Below, piece after piece: positions 1-12,992 of a DNA stretch of 64,000 nt. This DNA is from Octopus sinensis (Eukaryota), in the NCBI RefSeq assembly GCF_006345805.1, contig NC_042998.1, forward strand, positions 95,790,001 to 95,854,000, read 5' to 3'. Within the stretch, counting starts at the first letter, position 1; the number at the start of each line of letters is the position of its first letter. The position numbers and the translations under genes are program-made. The notes beneath the pieces are model-generated. The model did no database searches. It had not been told where the DNA came from and saw only the letters and a program-made list of their open reading frames with translations.

Positions 1-160
1 TGTATGTATGTATGTATGTGTGTTTGTATGTATGTATGTATACACACATATATATGTATGTATATATGCATGTATATACATACATACACACATATATATA
101 TATGTATGTGTGTGTTTACGTGTATATATATATATATATATATAATATATTATATATATA

Positions 161-231
<71 letters not shown>

Positions 232-250
232 AATATATATAGATATATAT
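1..250. repeat. (TATG)n/(TA)n compound microsatellite
   Basis: Direct reading; the overlapping ORFs are YI/MYVC low-complexity artefacts. Confidence 0.95.
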
Positions 251-333
251 CAATAATACAGTGATTGTTTCTTGTCAGGAACAAAAAGATTAATAGGACT
301 GCTATAGAAGTGCTCTATTGAAAGAGACAAAAA

Positions 334-438
334 TATCAAACTAAAATTATTGAACAAACAAATGCAAGGTCATCCGCATATCATTTCATGATATGCGGAT
401 GACCTTGCATTTGTTTGTTCAATAATTTTAGTTTGATA
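334..438. repeat. Perfect inverted repeat (51-bp arms, 3-nt loop)
   Basis: tatcaaactaaaattattgaacaaacaaatgcaaggtcatccgcatatcat-ttc-atgatatgcggatgaccttgcatttgtttgttcaataattttagtttgata. Confidence 0.9.
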
Positions 439-477
439 AATATATATATATATATTATAATATATATATATATATAC

Positions 478-3400
478 CCTCCCCCTCCTCTCTCTCTTCG
501 CCGCGTGTCCCCCTCCTCCTTCCCTCTTCCTTGCCTATAAAACAAAATTCCTTTACACGTGGTCACCACTATTGAAAAGACTGCCTCCACGCGCTGCTAC
601 TACACTTTCGTCCTTGCCAGCAAAAAGGCTTCTTCGTTCGTCCCCTTGTGTGGTTAATTTCCTGTATAGTATTCTTGTTATTTTCTCGTTTTGTAACTAA
701 TTGTACTTTTTGTACATGTATTTTTATTTTTGCAGTTTTATTGTTTGTCTATGCCAGAAAAAAGGCTTTTTCGTTCGTCCTCTTGTTTTTGTTTTTGTAC
801 ATGTTTTTAATTTTGCAGTCTTATTGTTACGTCTTGTTTGTGTTCGTACTCATTGTGCCCCGCTGCTTGAAATTTTATTTTAATTCTCTCGCAGGAAGGC
901 CTATTGGATTAGTGTTCGTTGTATGCCTTCGAAACATGCCTGACTCCTCTAGCGACAGCTGATGACGGGGGTTTTGTCCTTGTGTAACCTGTCCTGTATG
1001 GTTTTTCGTTTTCCGTTTTCTTGTTTTTGTTTTTTGGCTTTTTCTGTTTCTACGTCTTATTGTGATGTCCTGTACTTCCGTATAATTATTTATATATGCA
1101 TGTATATATACATGTAGATGTAGGTACGTACATATATGTTTGTATGTATGCATATATTTTTATTTATCTCCTTATTGTCTGACAGCGCCCCGCCCATCAG
1201 GTTCGTTCCGATTCGTCGTTTCGATCCACTTCTTGGTCCCCTTTTTTTTTTTATATTAATATTATTATATTGAAGATGCGGTACTCTCTCCCTTTGCTTT
1301 AACCTCTTCAATCTTTCTCCCTCCCCCCCCCTCTCTCTCTCTTCGCCGCGTGTCCCCCTCCTCCTTCCCTCTTCCTTGCCTATAAAACAAAATTCCTTTA
1401 CACGTGGTCACCACTATTGAAAAGACTGCCTCCACGCGCTGCTACTACACTTTCGTCCTTGCCAGCAAAAAGGCTTCTTCGTTCGTCCCCTTGTGTGGTT
1501 AATTTCCTGTATAGTATTCTTGTTATTTTCTCGTTTTGTAACTATTGTACTTTTTGTACATGTATTTTTATTTTTGCAGTTTTATTGTTTGTCTATGCCA
1601 GAAAAAAGGCTTTTTCGTTCGTCCTCTTGTTTTTTTTTGTACATGTATTTTAATTTTGCAGTCTATTGTTACGTCTTGTTTGTGTCGTACTCATTGTGCC
1701 CCGCTGCTTGAAATTTTATTTTAATTCTCTCGCAGGAAGGCCTATTGGATTAGTGTTCTGTTATGCCTTCGAAACATGCCTGACTCTCTCTAGCGACAGC
1801 TGATGACGGGGGTTTTGTCCTTGTGTAACCTGTCCTGTATTTGGTTTTCGTTTTCCGTTTTCTTTTTTTTTGTTTTTTGGCTTTTTCTGTTTCTACGTCT
1901 TATTGTGATGTCCTGTACTTCCGTATAATTATTTATATATGCAGGTATATATACATGTAGATGTAGGTACGTACATATATGTTTGTATGTATGCATATAT
2001 TTTTATTTATCTCCTTATTGTCTGACAGCCCCCGCATCAGGTTCGTTCCGATTCGTCGTTTCGATCCACTTCTTGGTCCCCTTTTTTTTTTTATATAATA
2101 TTATTATATTGAAGATGCGGTACTCTCTCCCTTTGCTTTAACCTCTTCAATCTTTCTCCCTCCCCCTCCTCCTCTCTCTTCGCGCCGCGTTCCCCTCCTC
2201 CTTCCTCTTCCTTGCCTATAAAACAAAATTCCTTTACACGCGGTCACCACTATTGAAAAGACTGCCTCCACGCGCTGCTACTACACTTTCGTCCTTGCCA
2301 GCAAAAAGGCTTCTTCGTTCGTCCCCTTGTGTGGTTAATTTCCTGTATAGTATTCTTGTTATTTTCTCGTTTTGTAACTAATTGTACTTTTTGTACATGT
2401 ATTTTTATTTTTGCAGTTTTATTGTTTGTCTATGCCAGAAAAAAGGCTTTTTCGTTCGTCCTCTTGTGTTTGTTTTGTGTACATGTATTTTAATTTTGCA
2501 GTCTTATTGTTACGTCTTGTTTGTGTTCGTACTCATTGTGCCCCGCTGCTTGAAATTTTATTTTAATTCTCTCGCAGGAAGGCCTATTGGATTAGTGTTC
2601 TGTTATGCCTTCGAAACATGCCTGACTCCTCTAGCGACAGCTGATGACGGGGGTTTTGTCCTTGTGTCACCTGTCCTGTATTTGGTTTTCGTTTTCCGTT
2701 TTCTGTTTTTTGTTTTTTGGCTTTTTCTGTTTCTACGTCTTATTGTGATGTCCTGTACTTCCGTATAATTATTTATATATGCATGTATATATACATGTAG
2801 ATGTAGGTACGTACATATATGTTTGTATGTATGCATATATTTTTATTTATCTCCTTATTGTCTGACAGCGCCCCGCATCAGGTTCGTTCCGATTCGTCGT
2901 TTCGATCCACTTCTTGGTCCCCTTTTTTTTTTTATATTAATTTATTATATTGAAGATGCGGTACTCTCTCCCTTTGCTTTAAAACCTCTTCAATCTTTCT
3001 CCCTCCCCCTCCTCCTCTCTCTTCGCCGCGTGTCCCCCTCCTCCTTCCCTCTTCCTTGCCTATAAACACAAATTCCTTTACACGTGGTCACCACTATTGA
3101 AAAGACTGCCTCCACGCGCTGCTACTACACTTTCGTCCTTGCGAGCAAAAAGGCTTCTTCGTTCGTCCCCTTGTGTGGTTAATTTCCTGTATAGTATTCT
3201 TGTTATTTTCTCGTTTTGTAACTAATTGTACTTTTTGTACATGTATTTTTATTTTTGCAGTTTTATTGTTTGTCTATGCCAGAAAAAAGGCTTTTTCGTT
3301 CGTCCTCTTGTGTTTGTTTTTGTACATGTATTTTAATTTTGCAGTCTTATTGTTACGTCTTGTTTGTGTTCGTACTCATTGTGCCCCGCTGCTTGAAATT

Positions 3401-3698
3401 TTATTTTAATTCTCTCGCAGGAAGGCCTATTGGATTAGTGTTCTGTTATGCCTCGAAACATGCCTGACTCCTCTAGCGACAGCTGATGACGGGGGTTTTG
3501 TCCTTGTGTAACCTGTCCTGTATTTGGTTTTCGTTTTCCGTTTTCTTGTTTTTTGTTTTTTGGCTTTTTCTGTTTCTACGTCTTATTGTGATGTCCTGTA
3601 CTTCCGTATAATTATTTATATATGCATGTATATATACATGTAGATGTAGGTACGTACATATATGTTTGTATGTATGCATATATTTTTATTTATCTCCT
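478..3698. repeat. Head-to-tail tandem array of ~840-bp non-coding units (~3.8 copies) between (TA)n tracts
   Basis: Unit start cctctctctcttcgccgcgtgtccccc recurs at ~480, ~1325, ~2165 and ~3005; copies are near-identical apart from small indels. Confidence 0.95.
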
Positions 3699-3782
3699 AT
3701 ATATATATATATATATAGTGTGTGTATATATATGTATGTATATATATATATGTGTGTGTGTATGTATGTATGTATGTATATA

Positions 3783-3818
<36 letters not shown>

Positions 3819-3872
3819 TGTATGTATGTATGTATGTATGTATGTATGTATGCATGTATGTATATGTATGTA
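3698..3872. repeat. (TA)n/(TATG)n microsatellite
   Basis: Direct reading. Confidence 0.95.
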
Positions 3873-4187
3873 CTCGACGGATTTCCATACAGTTTCCCTC
3901 AATCAAATTCACTCAAAAACACTGTTTAGCCCAAGACTGTAATAAAATAAATTTGGCCAAAATGCTTTGCAATGGGACTGAACCCGAAATTACGTGATTG
4001 CTGGTGAAGCGAGTTTGTTAAACTCACAACCACACTTGCATCTGTGTATATAAAAGAAGATGCAAGTGATGGTTCTGAATTTGCATATTACATTATTTAT
4101 AAGGCATCTGTTCTCAGGGTGTCAAACTTTGAGATTATTTTTAATTTTCGTGTGAAGATTTTAAAATAAAGTTTTGTTTTTGTTATC

Positions 4188-4345
4188 GGCGTAGTGTAGG
4201 TGTTTGATAAGAAGTTTGCTTTCCAACTACATGGTTTCAAATTTAGACCTACTTCGAGGCACCTTAGGCAATTTTTTTACTATAGCCTCGGGCCGAACAA
4301 AACATTCTGAGTGAATTGATTGATGCAAGCTGAAAGAAGCCAACG
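4188..4345 (+). mobile_element. Degenerate tRNA-derived SINE (family A head)
   Basis: Similar to ggctgtgtggtaag...ggcaccttgggcaagtgtcttctactatagcctcgggccga copies at 10355, 12558 and 46612. Confidence 0.7.
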
Positions 4346-4407
4346 TATACATGCATGCATACATACATACATACATACATACATACATACATACATACAT
4401 ACATACA

Positions 4408-4471
<64 letters not shown>

Positions 4472-4630
4472 TAGTGTAATGGTCTGATCAGTACATAAGG
4501 ATAAAGTAATCAACAATGATGTTGAGGGAAACACGCTACACATAAACACATGCACACATACACATACATTTACGCACACACAAACACAAGCATAAGCACA
4601 TACATACACACACATATGTATTTAATTATT

Positions 4631-4669
<39 letters not shown>

Positions 4670-4683
4670 ATAATATATATATA

Positions 4684-4955
4684 TGGCCGAAACAGCTATA
4701 AGATGTAATCTATACCTATATTTAGATTTACTTATATTTATATTCTCTTTTTTATATATATTCTACTTATTATACAACATTACTCTTTTATGTACACTGT
4801 TTTATGTACATTCCTTTATGTACACTGATTTGTTCTGCTTTTTTATGTTTAACCCTACAGTCTCTTATGTGGTGGTTTAATAAAGTATGTGATTGAGTAT
4901 TATCTGGTAATTGATATTTGATTTAGATGTATTTCTCCATTTTCTTATCTTGTAT
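4684..4955 (+). mobile_element. Truncated copy of the HHR-bearing repeat at 49700-50090 (3' half of the ribozyme plus tail)
   Basis: ggccgaaacagctataagatgtaatctatac...ttctccattttcttatcttgta matches 49824-50090; flanked by (TA)n on both sides. Confidence 0.8.
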
Positions 4956-5230
4956 ATATATATATATATATATATATTATCGATATGTAATTGTAAGCTC
5001 TAAGCGTAGGAAGTTTGTAAGCTTCGAGCAGTCTGGAGTAGGTATAAAAGAACAATGATAACTTATACTCATCAAGTAGAAGAAGTATGTATGTATGCAT
5101 GTATGTATGTATGTATGCATGCATGCATGCATGTATGTATGTATGTATGTATGTATGTATGTATGTATGTATGTATGTATGTATGTATGTATGTATGTAT
5201 GTATGTATGTATGTATGTATACGTGTATAT

Positions 5231-5937
5231 ATTAGGTTGTTTCACATGAAATGTCGTATTTGAAAGGTAATAATGAAATGTTTCAGAAGTGTTAGAGAAC
5301 AGATTTTTTTAATCAAAGTATGTTCCATGTTCAGTTATGTTGTTTATCCAACGTTCCTCTGTCATATATTCCTTCTAAAAGCAAAAGAATCATCTTTTGC
5401 TGGGATAAACTATCCGAATGCTTCAATTACCTCTTCTCTATTTAAGAATGTTTTATTGCTTATGAAAAGCTCAAAATGCTTAAATAAGTAATGATCAGTA
5501 AAAGAGATATCAGGGGAATAGGGAGGCTGTTGCAAAATCTCATAATTCAGGCTTTGCGGCTTTTGGACCGTAGCTTGTGGAGTGTGAAGATGTGCATTAT
5601 CGTGGAGCAAAATTGAGCCATCTCTATTCACTAGTCTGGGATTGCTTCTTTTTCAAATTCTCATGCATACAATCTTAACAATACGATGTTGCTGTTACCG
5701 TTTTTCCTTGTTGCAAAAATGAATAATGAATAACTCCTTTCGCAGACTACCATACAGTGACCACTAACTTTTTAGGGTGCAATGGTGGAATTGGGTAGTG
5801 TTTAGGTGGCTCTCCTGCATCTAATCACTGTTCTATTCTCCTGCTGTTGTCAAAGAGTATCAATTTCTCATCACAAGTTATGATTTAATGCAAAAATGGC
5901 CTTTTTCCAGTCGACATTTCATGTGAAACAACCTAAT
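5231..5937 (-). mobile_element. Internally deleted mariner transposon with 26-bp TIRs
   Basis: TIR attaggttgtttcacatgaaatgtcg (5231-5256) is the reverse complement of 5912-5937. Confidence 0.9.
5410..5875 (-). pseudogene. Mariner DD34D transposase catalytic-domain fragment
   Basis: ORF 5410-5631 reads ILLHDNAHLH...QPPYSPDISFTDHYLF, resembling mariner HDNARPH and HPPYSPDLAPSDYHLF motifs; disrupted upstream. Confidence 0.9.
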
Positions 5938-6254
5938 GTGTGTGTGTGTGTGTGTGTGTGCATATGTGCGTGTGTGTGTGTATATAAATATACTCTGATC
6001 CCCGTTCCTTGTGAGCATGCCCGGCACTTTGCCACCATCTCCATCCTGCGGTCTCCCCGCCTCTCCCTCTCCCTTTCTCCTGCACTTCCCACAGGTTGGG
6101 CAAGCGTGTATTTTCTTTGCGGTAGCACACCTGTTTCTGTCTTCATCCCTAATCTTTCTTCTCCAGCCGAGTAACCTTGTATTTCCTCTTCAACAAGACA
6201 CCTATATCTGTCTCACTATAACCTTTTCATCGTCACCTCTTCCAATGCCTCCTC

Positions 6255-6590
6255 CCAACTTAAAATTTTCTGTCTTGCAAGTACTTGGTGACCCTGTCAG
6301 TACAAGTGCCACTTAAAAGCACCCTGTCCACACTGAAAAGCGGTTGGTGTTCGGAAGGGCATCCGGCTGTAAAAACCTTGCCAAAACTGACCTCGTCTGT
6401 GCTTGTGCCGCATAAAAAGCACTAAGTCTAGTGGTTGGTATTAGGAAGAGCATCCAGCTGCTAAAACAGCCACAGAAGTCTGGTGCAAGCTTCGACCTGG
6501 CTGGCTCTTGTGGTACGGTCCCACCTATGCTAGCATGGAGCAACGGACGCTAAATGCTACTGCTGCTGCTGCTCATGATGATGATGATTG
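6255..6590 (+). mobile_element. Interspersed SINE-like 3' region ending in (TGC)n/(TGA)n tail
   Basis: Internal repeat ggttggtgt(t)cggaagggcatccggctg / ggttggtattaggaagagcatccagctg and a simple-repeat tail. Confidence 0.5.
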
Positions 6591-6732
6591 AATAGTGGTA
6601 CAACAATGCACCAATATTTACTGGAAATAGTAGTTGCTAATATACGACGCTATAGTAAAGCTTCACTGTGTATATACTGGCAAAGCTGTTTGCGGGCGGC
6701 AAACAAAAAATTTCATCTTCCCTGTAGGAAGG

Positions 6733-6776
<44 letters not shown>

Positions 6777-6785
6777 TTATATATG

Positions 6786-6865
<80 letters not shown>

Positions 6866-6870
6866 CTTGA

Positions 6871-7146
6871 AGGGACGTGGCTTACGGTCTTAAGGTCGTG
6901 AGTTCAAGTCCTGGTGACGTGTTGTGTCCTTGAGCAAGACACTTTATTTCACGTTGCTCCAGTTCACTCACTTGGCAAAAATGATTAGTACCTGTATTTC
7001 AAAGGGCCAGCCTTATCATATCTTGTGCCACGCTGAATCTCCTTGAGAACTATGTTAAGGGTACTCGTGTCTGTGGAGTGTTCGGCCACTTGCGCGTTAA
7101 TTTCACGGATCAACTGGAACCCTCGTCGTCGTAACCGACGGAGTAC
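6871..7146 (+). mobile_element. tRNA-derived SINE (family C)
   Basis: B-box-like gagttcaagtcc followed by ttgtgtccttgagcaagacactttatttcacgttgctccagttcactca, shared with 26688-27022. Confidence 0.75.
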
Positions 7147-9398
7147 CATCTATCTATCTATCTAGCTAGCTAGCTGTCTGTCTGACTGTTTATACCTTGC
7201 GTATGTAGGAAGTTATGTTAGGAGTCTGAAGAAACCCTAGTGCGGAATTAAAGTAATATAATTATCTTGTGTTATTTTTAAGTGCTGGTCACTTTATAAT
7301 TTTTTTTTAATTCAAGAGTAAACGTGGACTGTTTCTCGACGGTTATCTTCCCTGCTAGACATTCCTCTCAAATGAGATCTTACCGTCTTAAATGAGACGC
7401 CATTTGTCGCAACTGCTTAAATAAATACTTTTGATGATTACGACTTTTAAAAATGACAGTGAATGTAAATCTATATTTCCATTGAGTGCTTTCTTCAAAA
7501 CATTGATAGTCACTATGGTGCGCTAGGCATTTTTTTTTTCTTTTTTGACCAACTAGCACCTGGCTATATTTATAGCCACAAGAACTACACTGTCTGAATA
7601 CAGTTTTCAAATCGGAGTAATATTTGTGTAACTATATAAATATATAAACACGCCTATCGTTTTCGTGAGTGACTGAGTACACGATGTTCGTCTTGCCCTG
7701 ATATATATTGTTTTTAACACAAGCCTATGAAGAAAATTTATCTCAGACAATTCCATAGCTTCATGTCTTCTAATGGAGCGTATACGTTTAGTATGATACA
7801 CGGATGGCGACTTTGACTTAATGCTGTTTGAATTTCGCACACCGAGACTTTAAAAATTTTTACCATTTCTTTATTCCTTTCTAAAAATCAATAACTGTGT
7901 TATAAACGGTAGTGGAATAATTAATATTAGAATAAATTACACTGTAAGAGAGCCATTTCGGTTATCTAAAAACATACAAAAATATTAAATTTACCTTTCA
8001 TTTCGTTTTTGAAGTGCCAAAATATTCTTCACGCCACTGAAGCCTGATCATTGAGACAGTCCAAGTGTGCTGTGGAATTATCTCAGTAGCATGAAGAATA
8101 TTTTGACACTGCAACAGTGTTTGTGTATTTCAAGGCTTTGAAAATGAATCTTCCACTACAATGCTATTCACTTTTAATACACAGTCCTTGCTCAAGTCAC
8201 TTACCAGGACGATTACGACGCCGAAATAATTAAAGTTTTCCACATATTCAGTGGAATAGCTAGAGTATCTGGCGTCTGGAGCAGCACTTGAGTTCGTTCC
8301 CCCATCTGACAACCCAATTCAATACAGCCTTATGTAACAGACCCCTACGTGTCGCTCCCATTAAAGCATCGCCCAGGACGGTCCGTTTCCTCGTTCGCCA
8401 CATCGCTTCGCTCTATACATATGATGTTACTATCATTCCTTCAGCTTCAACTATACACATACCACTGTATGACACTGTTTTCAAGAGCAATCAATTTAAA
8501 AGTAGTCTTAATTGAGAATATGATAAACTACTCCCTTTTTAACAGCTGAAAGACACAAAAACGAAACAATTATATTCCATGCTCTCTAATCATGAATAAC
8601 ACACTTGTTTGGTACTGATTTAATCATCAACGTTTAACAATAGCAACTTATCCAGTAGCCTAGCTAGAGGATAAGGAGGGGCAGAGAGGTGGTCCGTCCC
8701 GGACGACGCTTTTATGGGTTGGTACATTTGGATCTGCTGTATAAGCCTGTATTGGAGGCAAGGTGGCAGGGGCCGGCAAACTCAAGGGATACTCCCTCCG
8801 GTTGGTATATCAAAGCTACACCACAGTATTTAACAAACACTTTCTTTCTTCCCTTTGCCTCTTCCACAATAGCTTCTAGTTCACAGAATTATCTATATTA
8901 TAGCGTCTCCACACAATACCATTGCGATCTACCCGTCCCTTCCCTTTCCAGCAACCTCACTCTGCCTCGTCTTCTAGATTTTGCACATTCCTTCACATTC
9001 ACCGCATACACTCGCCTAGTGACGATAACAGTAGCACTCACATCAGCCTCAAGGGCTTGCGAACTTATGGGTATCACTCGTATTATCTCGAACCACTTAC
9101 ACCATTATAAGCAGATGATAAAGTTATAAATAAAGAAAAGTATGACACTAAATAATAATTTACAAAGTTAATAAATTCATAGTAAGCAAAAAAGTAGGTC
9201 ACATTATAGTCAGACACGCATAGAAATGTTTGCAAAACAGACGTGGCATGTACATGTAAATAATGAAATATTTCCTGATAAGAATCAAAATATACATATA
9301 ATAACACGCACTCGCATACCCAGGACCAATCACTGTGCGTTAATAATTGGCGTAAAAAAAAGACACGAAACGCAGAAATACATGGTACTAAACAAGTG

Positions 9399-9439
<41 letters not shown>

Positions 9440-9589
9440 ACAGACACACGCACACGCATACACACACATACACACGCAATCACGTGTGTGTGTGCGTGCG
9501 TGTGTGTGTGTGCGTGCATGCTTGTATGTGTGTAAAAACACTTGCTTAGTATGATGTAATTCTGCCTTCTGTGTCTTTTACGACAATTA

Positions 9590-9969
9590 TTCTTTCCTAC
9601 TCTAGGCACAAGACCTGAAATTTTGCGGGAGGGGGCCAGTCTATTAGATCGACCCCAGTACGCAACTGGTACATAATTTATCGACCCCGAAAGGATAAAA
9701 GGCAAAGTCGACCTCGGCGGAATTTGAACCCAGAACCGAAAGACAGACAAAATACCTATTTCTTTACTACCCACAAGGGGCTAAATACAGAGGAGACAAA
9801 CAAGGACAGATAGACAGATTAAGTCGATTATATCGACCCCAGTGCGTAACTGGTACTTAATTTATCGACCCCGAAAGGATGAAAAGCAAAGTCGACCTCA
9901 GCGGAATTTGAACTCAGAACCTAACCGCTAAGCATTTCGCCCCTCGTGCTAACGATTCTGCCAGCTCGA
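9590..9969 (-). mobile_element. Family B SINE with a second, 5'-truncated family B copy nested in its head
   Basis: Duplicated atcgaccccagt...atcgaccccgaaagga...gcggaatttgaac core; the host head gcttagcgg|gtatttt is split by the insert. Confidence 0.8.
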
Positions 9970-10163
9970 CAATTATTAACGCATTCTGATTGGTCTTGGG
10001 AATGCGAGTGCATGTTTATATGTGTATTTTGATTCTTATTAGGAAATATTTCATTATTTACATTATTTACACACACACACGCGCGCGCGCGTGTATGTGT
10101 AGTAGTAGTAGTAGTAGTAGAAACAATGGATACGGAATATAGAATATACTGAAAACTTTAAAT

Positions 10164-10227
10164 TATCATAACGATCGTTTCGACACAATGAATAGATCGC
10201 AGTGCAGAAGCATCTCTTCAAGTGATA
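10164..10227 (-). ncRNA. Degenerate type I hammerhead ribozyme
   Basis: Minus strand: UAUCAC UUGAAGA GAUGC...GUGUC GAAAC GAUC GUU AUGAUA; palindromic stem III; C3->U change and a C-A mismatch at the base of stem I. Confidence 0.55.
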
Positions 10228-10354
10228 TAACTTGGTTTTTCGCTATATATCCAGGTAGCCATAAGCAGTGAAGTGCTTTGCCCATATACTACTAGGGACA
10301 TAACCAAAACGCAGTTTAAAATTTAAATTTAAATCTAAAATTTAATCATAACTT

Positions 10355-10720
10355 TGGCTGTGTGGTAAGTAGCTTGCTAACCAACCACATGGTTCCGGGT
10401 TCAGTCCCACTGCGTGGGATCTTGGGCAAGTGTCTTCTGCTATAGCCCCGGGCCGATCAATGCCTTGTGAGTGGATTTGGTAGACGGAAACTGAAAGAAG
10501 CCTGTCGTATATATGTTTGTGTGTCTGTGTTTTTCCCCTAGCATTGCTTGACAACCGATGCTGGTGTGTTTACGTCACTTAGCGGTTCGGCAAAAGGGAC
10601 CGATAGAATAAGTACTGGGCTTACAAGGAATAAGTCCTGGGGTCGATTTGCTCGACTAAAGGTGGTGCTCCAGCATGGCCGCAGTCAAATGACTGAAACA
10701 AGTAAAAGAGCAAAAGAGTA
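10355..10720 (+). mobile_element. tRNA-derived SINE (family A), full length
   Basis: A/B-box-like head (tggctgtgtggtaag...gggttcagtccc) and tail gactgaaacaagtaaaagag; several copies in the window. Confidence 0.85.
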
Positions 10721-10751
10721 AAAGAGATATATATGTATATGTATGTATGTG

Positions 10752-11030
10752 TGGCAATGGCCCAGTGGTTAGGGCAGCGGACTCGCAGTCGTAGGATCGC
10801 GGTTTCGATTCCCAGACCGGGCGTTGTGAGTGTTTATTGAGCGAAAACACCTAAAAGCTGCATGAGGCTCCAGCAGGGGGTGGTGATCCCTGCTGTGCTC
10901 TTTCACTACAACTTTCTTTCACTCTTTCTTCTGTTGACCTGCTCACTTAGCCAGCGGAGTGGCGTCATTCGAAGGCTAAAACAATGCGAAGCTGTGTAGC
11001 AACATTTGATGGTCTGGTCGGTCACGTGAA
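10752..11030 (+). mobile_element. tRNA-derived SINE (family D)
   Basis: tggcccagtggttagggcagcggactcgcagtcgtaggatcgcggtttcgattccc tRNA-like head; related copies at ~30570 and ~62183. Confidence 0.8.
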
Positions 11031-11978
11031 AAAGTGAAAAGGGTATGTATGTATGTATAATGTTATAATAAAAAAACTACAAGTCTTGTGAAAAACAGTT
11101 ACCCAATGCTTTTTTGCCGAAACATTAATTTATTTAGTAATTTTTCAAGCTGATAACGAGACCGTTTGTCAGTTGCTTTTAAAGCTGATGACGTTTGAAG
11201 GGAACCGGCAAAAATAAAAACACATGTGTGTGTGTGTGTGTGTGTAAATGGTGGAAATAAATGAAGGAAATCTCAAACGCAGGAGAGTAGCTGTGAAAAG
11301 TGTTTTCGAAAATCAGGTAAAATATCCCTGCAGAAAGAAAAATTGGCCAGAAAAATTGGTGACTCGTACTGCGATACAAAGTTTCGAGTCCCTTCAGCGG
11401 CTGCTGGACATTTATTCCACTTCTAGAGGATTTTACCCGATTTTCTAAAAATATCTTTACACCTGTTCTACATTCAAGATTTCTTTCATTTCTAAAAATA
11501 TCATTTCTAAAAAAAAAACTCACTCAGCGTATCAGTGTTTGTTCGCGCACACACACACACACACACACACATACACACACACACACACATACACACACAC
11601 ACAAACACACACACACACACACTCACGTATCGAAGTGAAGTATGTCACATTGATGACTATACGGAAATACAAATTAGCAGATAAACAATCCAGCAAGTCC
11701 ATTGGTATATGGAACACGCAACTCCAAAAGTATCCAAATTTGAAAAGAACTTCAGCGTGGCGTAAAATAATTATAAAAGCAAATTGCGCGCTATCATAAC
11801 AGAGAACCTCTCAAATCTTCAGATTGTACCGTGCTGCAGAATATGGCAAATGTTGCACATCGAACATACCTGCCTGTACGCTGTTATATGGCAATAACAT
11901 ATCTGAATGAAACGATTATAGTGTTACTGTGTAATTTATTCGTTTGTTTACACACACATGCATGCACATACACACACA

Positions 11979-12020
<42 letters not shown>

Positions 12021-12021
<1 letters not shown>

Positions 12022-12226
12022 GAGTAGGTGCTGAAAAGTTCCTGGCTTTGGGTTAAAGAAAATACATGTGGATCAGTTAATTATGATTTTATTCAACATG
12101 TTCCCCTCCCAGTCTCACACATTTATTGGAGTGGTCCTTCACACATTTATTGTAGTGGTCCTATAAAAGAACTCTAAAGGTTGGACATCCAGCCTGGCCT
12201 TTCGCGATACTTTTCAGCACCCCCTG
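12021..12226. mobile_element. Tc1/mariner-type MITE
   Basis: Imperfect TIRs cgagtaggtgctgaaaagt / acttttcagcaccccctg, flanked by TA at both ends. Confidence 0.7.
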
Positions 12227-12557
12227 TATAATATGTGTAGAAAATGCAAAGTAGTTCTCAGACAGATGAGAACTACATCCTCTTCATCCAGGTATTGTAC
12301 CCCCGGCATCGAAAGTTAGCTATAAGAACATCCTTGTTGAGCTATTATGGAGGTAGAAAGGCAAGCGTTCATTTAGATGGAATACAGAATACAGATTACG
12401 AAGGCAGTTTTGTTATAAGATCATTGCATAGCTCCTTTTGTTTTCTTTATTCCGTAATGTGTACTTTGGAAATTTATCTGCCTTTCTACCCCCTCTCCAT
12501 GCATACACACATACATACATACATACATACATACATACATACATACATTACATACAT

Positions 12558-12972
12558 CGCAGGAGTGACTGTGAGGTAAGTAGCTTGTTTACCAACCACA
12601 TGGTTCTGGGTTTAGTTCCACTGCGTGGCACCTTGGGCAAATGTCTTCTACTATAGCCTCGGGCCGACCAAAGCCTTGTGAGTGGATTTGGTAAACGGAA
12701 ACTGAAAGAAGCCCGTTGTATATATGTATATATATATATATATATATATGCGTGTGTGTGTTTGTGTGTCTGTGTTTGTCTCCTTAGCATTGCTTGACAA
12801 CCGATGCTGGTGTGTTTATGTCCCCGTTACTTAGCGGTTCGGCAAAAGAGACCGATAGAATAAGTACTGGGCTTACAAAAGAATAAGTCCCGGGGTCGAG
12901 TTGCTAGATTAAAGGCGGTGCTCCAGCATAGCCGCAGTCAAATGACTGAAACAAGTAAAAGAGTAAAAGAGT
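12558..12972 (+). mobile_element. tRNA-derived SINE (family A)
   Basis: Same head and tail as 10355-10720, with an internal (TA)/(TG) tract. Confidence 0.85.
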
Positions 12973-12992
12973 ATACATATATATATATATAT

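Noticed and set aside
885-990. Canonical hammerhead in the 840-bp unit
   Set aside because: The stem followed by GAAAC lacks an upstream CUGANGA, and the downstream CUGAUGA lacks a following GAAA; kept only as a hint
10752-10825. tRNA gene
   Set aside because: No complete acceptor stem is evident and it continues into a SINE body found three times in the window; it is a SINE head
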